From NCBI GenBank assembly GCA_017961265.1, contig JAGCXN010000036.1:60322-124321 (forward strand): 64,000 nucleotides of DNA, read 5' to 3'. The stretch is from Bacteroidales bacterium (lineage in GTDB: Bacteria; Bacteroidota; Bacteroidia; Bacteroidales; WCHB1-69). Under the pieces are notes generated by a model. It did not search any database and was not told where the DNA came from. It saw only the letters and a list, made by a program, of their open reading frames with translations. Positions 48,349-58,119 of this stretch are shown here, piece after piece (position 1 is the stretch's first letter; every line of letters begins with the position of its first letter). The translations under genes were made by a program, and so were the position numbers.

Positions 48349-48602
48349 AAACAGATTACGGCAACTATCTGGGCAACAAGAATCAAAGGCACGCCAACGG
48401 TAAATTTGGCGTGCTTTGTTTTATGCCGGAAGAGAAGCATCGCGAGCAATGCGCCGACACTTCCCCCGATGGCGGCAAAACCCATCAGCACGGATTCGGG
48501 AATGCGCCACGCCTTCCGTATGGCACGGTGTTTGTCGATGGCGTAAAGTAAAAATGTTATCAGATTGATTATTAGCAGATAAGCAAGAAGATAACGTACC
48601 AT
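48330..48602 (-). CDS. DUF1294 small membrane protein
   Basis: DK.RA...WRIPE.....GGSVGA...FRHKTK; start at MVRYLL. Confidence 0.85.
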   Translation of the reverse strand: MVRYLLAYLLIINLITFLLYAIDKHRAIRKAWRIPESVLMGFAAIGGSVGALLAMLLFRHKTKHAKFTVGVPLILVAQIVAVICFYKYLS

Positions 48603-48630
48603 AACGTCTTCAAATTTCAGAAAAACTCCG

Positions 48631-49386
48631 TCATTTACGCACGATGACGCTACCGCTACCTTGGTGGGTGGCAAGGATGAGCACCTCGGCGATCTGCACA
48701 TGTGCGGGGGCATTAGCGGCATAGACAGCTACGTCGGCGATATCGTCACCCGTTAGGGGCTTGATGCCTTTATAGACATTGGCAGCGCGCTCTGTATCAC
48801 CATGAAAACGGGTGTTGCTGAAGTTGGTCTCCACAAGTCCAGGCTTAAGGTTCGTCACACGGACGGCGCTGCTGGCCACATCAAGGCGCAACCCGTCGGT
48901 CAGTGTCTTCACCGCCGACTTGGTGGCGCAATAGACATTGCCATTGGAGTAAGCGGCGTCTCCAGCCACGGAGCCAATATTGATGATGTGGCCGCGATCG
49001 CGCGCCACCATGCCTGGCACAATGAGGCGCGTCATCGTGAGCAGTCCCTTGATGTTAGTGTCGATCATCGTCTCCCAATCATCAAAACTGCCCTCATACT
49101 CAGGTTCCAGTCCGAGCGCCAAACCGGCATTGTTCACCAGCACATCGATTTCTCGCCACTCTTCGGGCAGACTGTGAACACATCGGGTGGCCTGTTCACG
49201 GTCGCGCACATCAAAAACCAGTGTCGTCACCTGCGTACCCTTGTCGGCCAGCTCCTTACGGATTTCCTCAAGACGCTGCCCATTACGACCAGTCAGGATC
49301 AGTTTATCGCCATTTTCAGCAAATTTTCTTGCGCAGCCCAACCCAATACCGCTGGTAGCGCCAGTAATCATCACAATTTTGTTCAT
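48631..49386 (-). CDS. Short-chain dehydrogenase (YdfG-like)
   Basis: TGATSGIG, NNAGLALG, YCATK, PGLVET. Confidence 0.93.
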   Translation of the reverse strand: MNKIVMITGATSGIGLGCARKFAENGDKLILTGRNGQRLEEIRKELADKGTQVTTLVFDVRDREQATRCVHSLPEEWREIDVLVNNAGLALGLEPEYEGSFDDWETMIDTNIKGLLTMTRLIVPGMVARDRGHIINIGSVAGDAAYSNGNVYCATKSAVKTLTDGLRLDVASSAVRVTNLKPGLVETNFSNTRFHGDTERAANVYKGIKPLTGDDIADVAVYAANAPAHVQIAEVLILATHQGSGSVIVRK

Positions 49387-49506
49387 ATTTAAAAAGTTAA
49401 GTAACTATGATAGTAATGCGGTGGCAAAAATAATCAAAATTTGAGTACCTTTGCAGCATCGTTTCAAACAACTAAGTTCTTATGAAACGTACAATAATCT
49501 GTTATT

Positions 49507-49914
49507 ATGGGAAACACTAGTATCATCAACGGCTGCCGCATTGCATCAGACCGTATTGCCACCCTCGGCGCAAACGAAATTTTTGTCTTTGGAAGCAACA
49601 TTCAAGGAGCCCATGGCGGCGGGGCTGCGCGGTATGCACACCAACAGTTCGGAGCCGAATGGGGTGTTGGTGAAGGTCTTACAGGCCGCACCTACGCGCT
49701 GCCCACTATGGAGGGGGAAGCCTCCATGAAGAAAGCTGTGGAGCATTTTATCTCCTGCGCCAAAGCCCATTCCGAACTCACTTTCCTTGTCACCGCTGTA
49801 GGATGCGGCATTGCAGGTTACACGCCCGATGAGGTAGCCCCGTTCTTCCGTGAAGCCACCGCGTTGGCAAATGTCTATCTTCCTGGAGTTTTTTGGAAAG
49901 TACTTAAAAAGTGA
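49507..49914 (+). CDS. Macrodomain-like small protein (A1S_2505-like family)
   Basis: IFVFGSN..G.HGGGAA..A...FGA.WG.GEG..G..YALPT...FLVT.VGCGIAG. Confidence 0.75.
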   Translation: MGNTSIINGCRIASDRIATLGANEIFVFGSNIQGAHGGGAARYAHQQFGAEWGVGEGLTGRTYALPTMEGEASMKKAVEHFISCAKAHSELTFLVTAVGCGIAGYTPDEVAPFFREATALANVYLPGVFWKVLKK

Positions 49915-52162
49915 ACGTCCACTCCCCTTCCCCCACCGTGCGTTCAATGGACGTGCCAGGGAAAACGGTGGCGGTGGCGCCTTCAGGAACCGTCAGTTTC
50001 AGACAATTTCCATTGATTTCCACGCAGATGGTGCCGTACTGCGTGGGTTTGGTAGCACGCACCCAATCGATGTCATTTACAGGCTGCGGGTCGATAAAAA
50101 AGTGGTGGTACCCAGGATCGTCTGGATCGGGACGGATGCCGGCGAGGGCCTGATAGAACCAGATACCGACCCCGTTGTAGCAGTTGTGTACACGGCTACG
50201 GTCCTCCACCACCTTCTCGCCGTTGTCGCGCTCGCAGCCCCATGATTCCCAAGTGGTGGTTGCCCCGTGGTTGAGCATGTGGAGATAGCCGGGGTAGTCG
50301 GGCTGGCGCAGGATGGTGGCCATCAGGTCGGCCTGCCGCTCACGAATGCACCACTCGGTGAAAATCGGCACTCCCATCAACCCCACGGCGATGTGGTCAT
50401 TGTACTTTCCGTGGCAGTCGGCCAGCAGCCTTTCTTCGACCTCCCCGCGGATACTTCTGTTGGGCGCGATGTCCATCAGCAGGGCGTAGCTTTGGTCAAG
50501 CGGCGTACCATTGGCATAGGTGTGGGTTTCAGGGTGGTAGAATTTCCTGTGTATGTTGGTTTTGAGCCGTTTGCGCCAGCTGGCAAACATTTTCCCGTCG
50601 TCATCATGCCCTAATACTTTCGCCATCCGTTCCATGTCGCCGAGACAGTCCACGATGAAACAGTTGCTTACAAAGAGGGCCGACTCACCACCCACCTCCA
50701 CGCCGTCGGGGGCGAGCCAGTCGCCGAGAAACCACATCCGTCCCTCGTCGGGCCAGGGTTGTAGAAGACCATCTGGACTATAGCGTTTTACATAATTGAG
50801 CCATTTTTTCATCATATCGTAAAACTGGCTACGGCCAAACAATGTGGGGTCGCGGTAATTGAGGTAGGTGCGCCATGCGGCCTTGATGATGAAGCCGCTC
50901 CAGTAGGGGCCGCCGCCGGTGGGAAATGCCGGAGCCACGTAGGGAAGTGAGCCGTTACTACCCATGGCGTCTTTCCACGCAGTCTGCCAGTTATGGTAGG
51001 TGTCGCGCACGTCGTACATCGTCTGCAGCGTCATGGTGGAGGAGTTGCCGTCGCCGCCGTAGCCCATCCGTTCCAGATGGGGGCAGTCCATCATATAGCC
51101 GCTGAGGGTGAGGCACTGGAGGGTGTAACGGATAAGGTCGTGGATGGCGTTAAGGCGCGGGTCGGAACATTCGAAGGTGGCGGCTTCATCGGGGTTAAGG
51201 GCACTGATTTGGAGGGCGCGTGCCGTCTTAATGTCGCCGCCAGTCACGCGCACGTAGCGGAAGGCGTGGTAGTGAAAGCGGTTGGTGAAGTGGTCGCTGC
51301 CGCTACCGTCCGACACATAGTAGTCGCTCTCGGTGTGCGGGGGCGTGGCACGCAGGTGGTCAAGGTACTCCATGGTGACTTCGTGACCGGACGGCAGCGG
51401 CTGGAAGTCGGCTTGGAACCATCCCGTGAGCACCCGCCCGAAGTCGAGCAGCAAGGTGCTGTCATCGGTACGGGTCACGGACACGGGCAACAGCGTGTCA
51501 ATGATGCGGTTGCCCTCAAATTCCTGTGCGAATATGTCCAAACCTTTCCCATCCATCAAAGCGGAACGCATTTTAATATCCACCACGGCGGCGCGACGTT
51601 CTTCGCAGGTTTTCCGGGCGTCGTATCGTTCGCCGCCAAACTGCAACGGCTGCCAGCTGCCTGTGTAGCTGTAGCCGCTTGGCGAGGTCATCCACGTGAT
51701 GTCGGTTTGGGCAATAACCTTCCGTGTTTTATACAGCTGGTCTTGGTAGGCATTTTCCCATGTCACTTCTACTTTCACGGCCGCTGGTGTTCCATACACC
51801 CGTCCCCACCCCTGCCCTACCCAGAGCATCAGGTCATTGCCGCCCTCGTGCAGATACGGCGAAATGTCGTAGGAAACCGACATTGCCCGCTTGTCCATTT
51901 GTGACACGGCGGGTTGCAGCACCTTGTCGCCCACATTCCGCCCATTGACATACACTTCGTGGTAGCCCAGCGACGTAACGTCCACTCGGGTGATTCCATT
52001 CGACACTTCCGAATTGGTCAACACAATGGTCTTATGGAAGATCGGTGTTTCCTCCCATCCGTTGCCATCGGCAGTGCGGCAACCGATAAACCATTGGGCA
52101 CGGGCGGGAAGGGCGGAAAGCACAACCAAACAAACCAATACAAATCTCTTCATTGCCATCAA
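49904..52162 (-). CDS. GH78 alpha-L-rhamnosidase-like glycoside hydrolase
   Basis: LGYHEVYVNG, DFG, FRYV, DCPHLERMGYGGD, GDW, GATTTWE, GIRP; signal peptide. Confidence 0.88.
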   Translation of the reverse strand: MMAMKRFVLVCLVVLSALPARAQWFIGCRTADGNGWEETPIFHKTIVLTNSEVSNGITRVDVTSLGYHEVYVNGRNVGDKVLQPAVSQMDKRAMSVSYDISPYLHEGGNDLMLWVGQGWGRVYGTPAAVKVEVTWENAYQDQLYKTRKVIAQTDITWMTSPSGYSYTGSWQPLQFGGERYDARKTCEERRAAVVDIKMRSALMDGKGLDIFAQEFEGNRIIDTLLPVSVTRTDDSTLLLDFGRVLTGWFQADFQPLPSGHEVTMEYLDHLRATPPHTESDYYVSDGSGSDHFTNRFHYHAFRYVRVTGGDIKTARALQISALNPDEAATFECSDPRLNAIHDLIRYTLQCLTLSGYMMDCPHLERMGYGGDGNSSTMTLQTMYDVRDTYHNWQTAWKDAMGSNGSLPYVAPAFPTGGGPYWSGFIIKAAWRTYLNYRDPTLFGRSQFYDMMKKWLNYVKRYSPDGLLQPWPDEGRMWFLGDWLAPDGVEVGGESALFVSNCFIVDCLGDMERMAKVLGHDDDGKMFASWRKRLKTNIHRKFYHPETHTYANGTPLDQSYALLMDIAPNRSIRGEVEERLLADCHGKYNDHIAVGLMGVPIFTEWCIRERQADLMATILRQPDYPGYLHMLNHGATTTWESWGCERDNGEKVVEDRSRVHNCYNGVGIWFYQALAGIRPDPDDPGYHHFFIDPQPVNDIDWVRATKPTQYGTICVEINGNCLKLTVPEGATATVFPGTSIERTVGEGEWTFTF

Positions 52163-52401
52163 AAGTGTAACTGATTAAAAGGACGGCAAAAATACAATTA
52201 TTTTAAACTTGGAGTGTGATTATCAACGTTTTTTACCAAGCAAAATACTGGAACTAAGAAATCATCTGATTTTTCTTTCAAATCCTTCGATACTTTTTAA
52301 AAATTATTATAAAATTTACAATATTTTAATAAACACATCGTTATTAAATAATAAAGAAATTAAAGTTATACTAAAAAAACAAGAAAATAAAAGAATATAA
52401 A

Positions 52402-52941
52402 ATGGGAGAAGAATTAATACCACACAGAGGAAATCACAAAAAACTCCTTTCCTACCAGAAGGCAAATGTTATATTTTGCATAACTTACTACTTTGTAGAG
52501 AACTATTTACAACGTGGAGATCGGACACGAGACCAAATGATACAGGCAGCACGTTCGGGCAAACAGAATATTATTGAAGGTGGCGCAGCCAGCAGCACCA
52601 GCGCCAAAACCGAAATTAGACTTGTTAATGTAGCTAAAGCGAGCTTGCAGGAGCTTCTCGAAGATTACGAAGATTATTTGAAAACCCGAAATCACAGGCA
52701 GTGGGAACAGGATTCAGTGGAGTTACTGACAATGCGCGCACTTGGTGCCCAACACAATGATGTCGATTTTTTTATGGAAATGGTACAGACACGTCCACCC
52801 GAAACCATAGCCAATATGTGCATTGTTCTAATAAAGCAAACTGACTATTTGCTTTTTAGGCAGTTGAAGCGGCTTGAGAAAGATTTTTTGGAGAATGGCG
52901 GATTCTCTGAAAGAATGTACCGTCTTCGGGGGAAAAAATAA
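52402..52941 (+). CDS. Four-helix-bundle (IVS/bAvd-like) protein with suffix domain
   Basis: DRTRDQMIQAARSGKQNIIEG, VAKASLQELLEDYEDYL; suffix LEKDFLENGGFSERMYR. Confidence 0.88.
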   Translation: MGEELIPHRGNHKKLLSYQKANVIFCITYYFVENYLQRGDRTRDQMIQAARSGKQNIIEGGAASSTSAKTEIRLVNVAKASLQELLEDYEDYLKTRNHRQWEQDSVELLTMRALGAQHNDVDFFMEMVQTRPPETIANMCIVLIKQTDYLLFRQLKRLEKDFLENGGFSERMYRLRGKK

Positions 52942-52951
52942 TTCAGGATTT

Positions 52952-53006
52952 TTTAAGGTCGTTAATGTCTTTAATGTCTTTAGGGTCTTTAAGGCCTTTA
53001 GCGACC
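52952..53006 (+). repeat. Degenerate nonamer array
   Basis: tttaaggtc gttaatgtc tttaatgtc tttagggtc tttaaggcc tttagcgac. Confidence 0.75.
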
Positions 53007-53013
53007 TTCCCCC

Positions 53014-53856
53014 TCACACCCCGGCGCGGTACTGTGTCGGCGAGAGGCCGGTGCCGCGCTTGAAGTAGCGGCAGAAGGAAGCTTGATCGGGAAAGCCGAA
53101 ACGGTCGGAGATGACCTGCACACTGATGTCGGGCTCGTACGTGAGCATCTGCTTAACACGGAGGATGACAAAGTGCTGGATCCAATAGCTGGCAGTATGG
53201 CCCGTCTGCTCCCGGACGACCGTACTGAAATGCTTCGGTGAAAGGTAGAAAAGTTTGGCATAAAACTGCACATCGCGGTGCTGCTGGCAGTTCTCGATGA
53301 TGGCGTTGTAAAAGCGGTTGCTCAAGCTCTTCGTGGCATCGCCCGTGGTGGCGAGGGTGGTATCATGGAAGAAATCAATGAGCTGCGACAAAAGATACAG
53401 ACATCCTCTCAAGATGTCCTCCCTCCCCTTGATGCCGAGGCGAATAACACGACAGATGGCTTCTGAAAACGCCATCATATCATCGTATTGATTATCAGAA
53501 AGGTGAAAATGGGGAATACGCTCATACACGGATCGTTTATCACTAAAAAAAAGTTTTCCAAACTTAGTATATAATTCTGACGACACAGCAATCAGTGTGG
53601 CATGGTAATCGGAGGATACCCGATGAACGACAAGCGTGTGCATCGGATAGACGATGGCAAGGTCGTGCGGATGGAACTGAACATTGACGGAGTCGTATTC
53701 CGCCTCAAGGCAGCCGCTGTGGCACATCGAAATGACATAGTGAGAGGAAGTATACGGTATCTTTTGCACCGGCGTATCTGTCACATCAAAAATAGACACA
53801 CCCATTTCGACAATTTTTTCATCATCCAATAAAAGATTCCTACCTATTTCTCCCAT
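53014..53856 (-). CDS. AraC-family transcriptional regulator
   Basis: VQFYA..FYLSPKHFS..V...TG; ISDRFGFPDQASFCRYFKRGTGLSPTQYR. Confidence 0.92.
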   Translation of the reverse strand: MGEIGRNLLLDDEKIVEMGVSIFDVTDTPVQKIPYTSSHYVISMCHSGCLEAEYDSVNVQFHPHDLAIVYPMHTLVVHRVSSDYHATLIAVSSELYTKFGKLFFSDKRSVYERIPHFHLSDNQYDDMMAFSEAICRVIRLGIKGREDILRGCLYLLSQLIDFFHDTTLATTGDATKSLSNRFYNAIIENCQQHRDVQFYAKLFYLSPKHFSTVVREQTGHTASYWIQHFVILRVKQMLTYEPDISVQVISDRFGFPDQASFCRYFKRGTGLSPTQYRAGV

Positions 53857-54025
53857 AAGATTATCAAAGATTTTGAAAATGCAAAAATAAAAATATTTCA
53901 GCTCTAAACAAAAAAAAAACGACTTTTTGACAAATATTCCACACTTACTGATAGTATAGACTTGCCATAATATATTGTATTTTTGCCCGCTTTAAAATTG
54001 ACGTACTATCAAACAATCTTCCCAT

Positions 54026-54517
54026 ATGAAACATAAACTTTTTGCACTCGGGCTGTTTTTTTCAAGCCTATTGTGGATGAATGGCGCATTTGCGCAGACC
54101 ATCCACACGACCAACCTCACCGTGGTCTATTCTAACAACCAACCGGACAGCTTTTTCGAGAATGTCACCCAGTTCTCTTTTTCGGGCGACAATCTGCTGA
54201 TCAACCAAGGCGGGACGGTCACCCCGATTTCCCGCTCCATCATCCGCAAGCTCACTCTAGAGGATGTAGCATCCTCTTCCATTGAGACTTACGATGAAAA
54301 CGCCAAAATTTTCATCTACCCGAACCCCACTAGCGACAAACTGAACATGTCGTCTGAAACCGAACAGCAGGTTCTGGTGAGCATCTTCTCGCTGAATGGC
54401 CAAAAGCTGATGCAGCAGCAGATGAGCACCTCCGAAAGCATTGATGTAAGTTCCTTGGCAAAAGGTATTTACATTATCAAGATTAATGAAACATCTTATA
54501 AATTCAGCAAACTCTAA
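54026..54517 (+). CDS. Small T9SS type-A CTD protein
   Basis: Signal peptide, about 55-aa beta module, IYPNP...IDVSSLAKGIYIIKIN..KFSKL. Confidence 0.85.
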   Translation: MKHKLFALGLFFSSLLWMNGAFAQTIHTTNLTVVYSNNQPDSFFENVTQFSFSGDNLLINQGGTVTPISRSIIRKLTLEDVASSSIETYDENAKIFIYPNPTSDKLNMSSETEQQVLVSIFSLNGQKLMQQQMSTSESIDVSSLAKGIYIIKINETSYKFSKL

Positions 54518-54522
54518 GCGCT

Positions 54523-57219
54523 ATGAAAAAAATCATCATCCTTCTTTTTGCCGCATTATTGGCCACGGCAAGCGCATTTGCACAAGAACGTGTCATTTTT
54601 TACAGCGGGAGCGTTCCCGTCCATACCCAATATATTGAAAACGTTGACAGCGTGAATTTTGTCAACGGCATTTCCATCGTCCACAACAACATCGGCGAGA
54701 CCAATTTCCAATTCCCCGTAATCGGTATCGACAGCATTGTCTTTTCTGATGAAGAGACGCAGGTGGACACGGGCGAAATCATCTACATCACTTACGCCGG
54801 AAGTGCCGTCTCCGTCATCAACCCGTGGGCGAACCGCGGCGTGACCGTGACCACCAGCGGTGCGGACGTGACCGTGAACGCGGTTTCGGGCACACAGGAC
54901 ATTATCTACTACCTGTCAGGCACAACCAGCGACGGTTCCCTCACCATCAGCAGCGACCACCGTTTCAATATGACTCTGGACGGCGTAAGCATCACCAACC
55001 CGACCGGCGCCGCCATCAAGTCGCTGCTGGACGAAAAGATCACCCTCACCCTCAAGAATACCAGCACTTTGGCCGACGGTGCCACCAGCACCGACAAGGC
55101 CCCCTTTGACAGCAGGGGTCAAATCATCATCTCTGGCAATGGCACGCTGAACCTCAACGGCACTGTGAAGCACGGCCTTTTCAGCGCCGACTACATCCGT
55201 ATGCTCAGCGGCACCGTCAACGTGACAGGCGCGGCCAATGACGGCATCCACTCCAACGACTACGTCGAGATTTTCGGCGGCACCATCACCGTCAACAACG
55301 CCAAATCGGACATTGACGGGGGCAGCCGCTACCTCCACATCTCGGGCGGCAACATCACCGTGAACAGCTCCGTCGCCGACGGCAAGGGCCTCAAAAGCGA
55401 CAGTGTCGTCACCATCACCGGCGGCACCATCAACCTGACCATGAGCGGCGACTACAGCAAGGGAATCAAGGCGGGTACAGACATCGACATCCAGGGCGGC
55501 AGCATCACCATCAACGGCAGCGGCGCCACCGTGGTGACCGCCGGCGACCCGTCGCACTGCGCTGGTCTCAAAAGCAACGGCAATACCATCATCACAAACC
55601 TCACCGGAAGCACCAATGTCCACATCACAATGACGAATGCGGCGGCGGGCGGCAAGGCCATCAACGCCGACGGCGATGTAGTCATCAACGGCGGCACCAT
55701 AGAATTGAGCGTGGCGGGCGCGGGCGGAAACTACACCGACACTAACAACACCGCCAACACCTACTCCTCCCATTGCATCAAAACCAACGGCGGCATCACC
55801 GTCAACGGCGGTAACCTCACCCTCACCGCTGCCGGCAAGGACAGCAAATGTTTGGCCGCAGACCAAGCTGTCACCGTCAACGGCGGCACGATCGGTATGA
55901 CCGTCTCCGGACAGGCCAGCAAGGGCATCAAGTCCGACATCTCTGTCATCATTGAAAACGGCGACATCACTGCCAACGTGAGCGGTGCCACCGTGGTGGC
56001 CAACCAGTCGGCCTCCAACAGCATCGCCATCAAGTCGGACGGCACGATGGAGTTCAACGGCGGCACCATCACCGCCACCTGCACCTCCGCTTCGGGCGGT
56101 GCGAAGTGCCTCTCCGCAGACGGCAATATGACCTTTAACGGAGGCACCTTCACCCTTTCAACTGCTGGCATCGGCGCCACGGTGGCCGGCAGCGGCACCA
56201 GCTGCACCGACGGCTACGCCCCCAGCTGTATCAAAACTGACGGCAATATCGTCATCAACGGCGGCGATTTCAACTGCCAGAGCACGGGCAAGGGCGGCCG
56301 CGGTATCGCTTGCGACGGCACGCTGACCATCGGCACGGCCAACGCGAGCGACGAGCTCATCAACCTCTATATCATGACCTCCGGTGCACCGGTCAACGCA
56401 TCGAGCGGCGGCGGATTCCCCGGCGGCGGCGGCAGCAGTTCCGACTACTGGAAAGGACTCCCCAAAGGCATCAAGTCCCAGGGCAACATCTACATCAACA
56501 GTGGCCATGTCCAGTCCTATTGTGCCCAGACCTCCGGTGACCCGACCGGCGAGGCCATCGAGAGCAAGGACGGCATCTATATCAATGGCGGCTTTGTGGA
56601 GGCCAACGCCTACGATGACGCCATCAATTGCGCCAACCACATCGAAGTGAACGGCGGTTATGTGTGGGCCTACTCCCGCGGCAACGACGCCATCGACTGC
56701 AACGGCGCGTATTCCCAGTACAACGGCGGTATCGTCATTGCAGGGGGCAAGGAAGAGGCCATTGATGCCAACACAGACGGCATGGGCGGCGTAACCGGAC
56801 ACCTCCAGATCAACGGTGCCACCATCGTTGCCTACCGATCCACCAGTGGTGGCGGCGGTCCCGGAGGCGGTGGCGGGATGGCACTGCTCGACAACCCGAC
56901 CTATATGAACGGCCAGAAATCCCTCTCTCCCAGCACCACCATATCCGCAGGAAGCAAGTACTGCATCAAGAACAGCAGCAGCAATCCCGTGATGATCTAC
57001 CAGCACCAGTCCGTCAGCGGCAGCGGATTCCAAAGTTCAACGACAGGATTGGGCACCCGTGCCAGCGGATCCTTCATCTTCACCAGTCCCGAAGTGACCT
57101 CAGGCACCTATACCCTTTACACCAACCCCACCATCAACGGCACCGCCAACTGGCACGGGCTGTACATCGGAGCAACCGCCACCACTTCCGGCAGCGGTAC
57201 TTCCGTCACTGCACAATAA
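54523..57219 (+). CDS. Cthe_2159/DUF4353-like parallel beta-helix (carbohydrate/Ca-binding) exported protein
   Basis: YYLSGTTSDGSL, TLDGVSITN..GAAI, repeated DGIHS/KGIKS/DAIN/DAID + I.GG.I rungs; Gly-rich loops; signal peptide. Confidence 0.85.
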   Translation: MKKIIILLFAALLATASAFAQERVIFYSGSVPVHTQYIENVDSVNFVNGISIVHNNIGETNFQFPVIGIDSIVFSDEETQVDTGEIIYITYAGSAVSVINPWANRGVTVTTSGADVTVNAVSGTQDIIYYLSGTTSDGSLTISSDHRFNMTLDGVSITNPTGAAIKSLLDEKITLTLKNTSTLADGATSTDKAPFDSRGQIIISGNGTLNLNGTVKHGLFSADYIRMLSGTVNVTGAANDGIHSNDYVEIFGGTITVNNAKSDIDGGSRYLHISGGNITVNSSVADGKGLKSDSVVTITGGTINLTMSGDYSKGIKAGTDIDIQGGSITINGSGATVVTAGDPSHCAGLKSNGNTIITNLTGSTNVHITMTNAAAGGKAINADGDVVINGGTIELSVAGAGGNYTDTNNTANTYSSHCIKTNGGITVNGGNLTLTAAGKDSKCLAADQAVTVNGGTIGMTVSGQASKGIKSDISVIIENGDITANVSGATVVANQSASNSIAIKSDGTMEFNGGTITATCTSASGGAKCLSADGNMTFNGGTFTLSTAGIGATVAGSGTSCTDGYAPSCIKTDGNIVINGGDFNCQSTGKGGRGIACDGTLTIGTANASDELINLYIMTSGAPVNASSGGGFPGGGGSSSDYWKGLPKGIKSQGNIYINSGHVQSYCAQTSGDPTGEAIESKDGIYINGGFVEANAYDDAINCANHIEVNGGYVWAYSRGNDAIDCNGAYSQYNGGIVIAGGKEEAIDANTDGMGGVTGHLQINGATIVAYRSTSGGGGPGGGGGMALLDNPTYMNGQKSLSPSTTISAGSKYCIKNSSSNPVMIYQHQSVSGSGFQSSTTGLGTRASGSFIFTSPEVTSGTYTLYTNPTINGTANWHGLYIGATATTSGSGTSVTAQ

Positions 57220-57228
57220 ACGACACTT

Positions 57229-57256
57229 CCCCTCCTTTTATGGGAGGGGCTTTTTT
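57229..57256 (+). terminator. Intrinsic terminator after the beta-helix gene
   Basis: cccctcc-loop-ggagggg followed by ctttttt. Confidence 0.7.
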
Positions 57257-57270
57257 ACAATAAATCAAAT

Positions 57271-57981
57271 ATGAAGAGAACGATTTCCATCCTTGCGGTC
57301 CTTTGCGCCGCCGTCATGTTCCTCACTGCCTGCAGCAAAGGCGAGGGTGAAGGGGGGACAGGCACCATCGAAGGCAAGATCATGCGGGTGCTGCATGACA
57401 ACGACAACTACAACCTGACCACCGACACCGTTGCCGGAAGCAAGGTCGATGTCTTCATCGTGTACGGCGACGACACTTTTTACGGGGACGATACCGAGAC
57501 GGGCGAGGACGGCACCTACCGCTTCCAGTATTTGAAAAAAGGGACATACACCCTGTACGCCTACTCCACCCTCGCTTCCGGCGAGCGAATCGCGGTGTCG
57601 GAAACCGTGAAGATTGCGAGCGGCGAAACCGTCACCGTGCCCACCATCTACACCCACGAGGGCAAGGCATACGGCACGTCGATGGTGCGCGGGCAGGTAT
57701 GGGCCAACTACATCCACAACGGCAGTGACCGCGGCAGCGGGTGGGCTTACGAACACCGCGTCTATATCCGGCGCGTGGGCGAACCCTACCACTTCGACGA
57801 CGTGCGCGTCGGCCTCGACGGCTACTACTACTTCCAGCAGCTACAGCCTGGAACCTATGAGGTCTTCACCTTCACCGAAAACACCAACGAAGTTCCCTCC
57901 CCCGTCACCCAAACCATCACCGTAACGGAAGCAGGACAAATCTACGACTTGGAACTTTTTACCGTGGTCGTTAACGTCTGA
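57271..57981 (+). CDS. Lipoprotein with two transthyretin/carboxypeptidase-regulatory-like domains
   Basis: LTAC lipobox; duplicated motifs DGTYRFQYLKKGTY / DGYYYFQQLQPGTY. Confidence 0.75.
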   Translation: MKRTISILAVLCAAVMFLTACSKGEGEGGTGTIEGKIMRVLHDNDNYNLTTDTVAGSKVDVFIVYGDDTFYGDDTETGEDGTYRFQYLKKGTYTLYAYSTLASGERIAVSETVKIASGETVTVPTIYTHEGKAYGTSMVRGQVWANYIHNGSDRGSGWAYEHRVYIRRVGEPYHFDDVRVGLDGYYYFQQLQPGTYEVFTFTENTNEVPSPVTQTITVTEAGQIYDLELFTVVVNV

Positions 57982-57982
57982 C

Positions 57983-58118
57983 AAATTGAAAATTGAAAAT
58001 TGAAAAAATGAAGTATAAAGTAGAAGGTAAAAAGTAGGAGGTGCCCACCGCACAATCCCTCTTCAGACCAACTACTTATCACCTATCACCTATTACCTGT
58101 TACCTAATACCTATTACC
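57983..58118. repeat. Heptamer arrays: AATTGAA x3-4, purine-rich GTAnnAA and an oppositely oriented ACCTATn x6
   Basis: aattgaa aattgaa aattgaa; gtataaa gtagaag gtaaaaa gtagg; acttatc acctatc acctatt acctgtt acctaat acctatt. Confidence 0.75.
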
Positions 58119-58119
58119 A

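Noticed and set aside
52402-52941. Diversity-generating retroelement
   Set aside because: Only an Avd-like fold is present; no reverse transcriptase and no TR/VR pair. The adhesin repeat differences are not confined to adenines.
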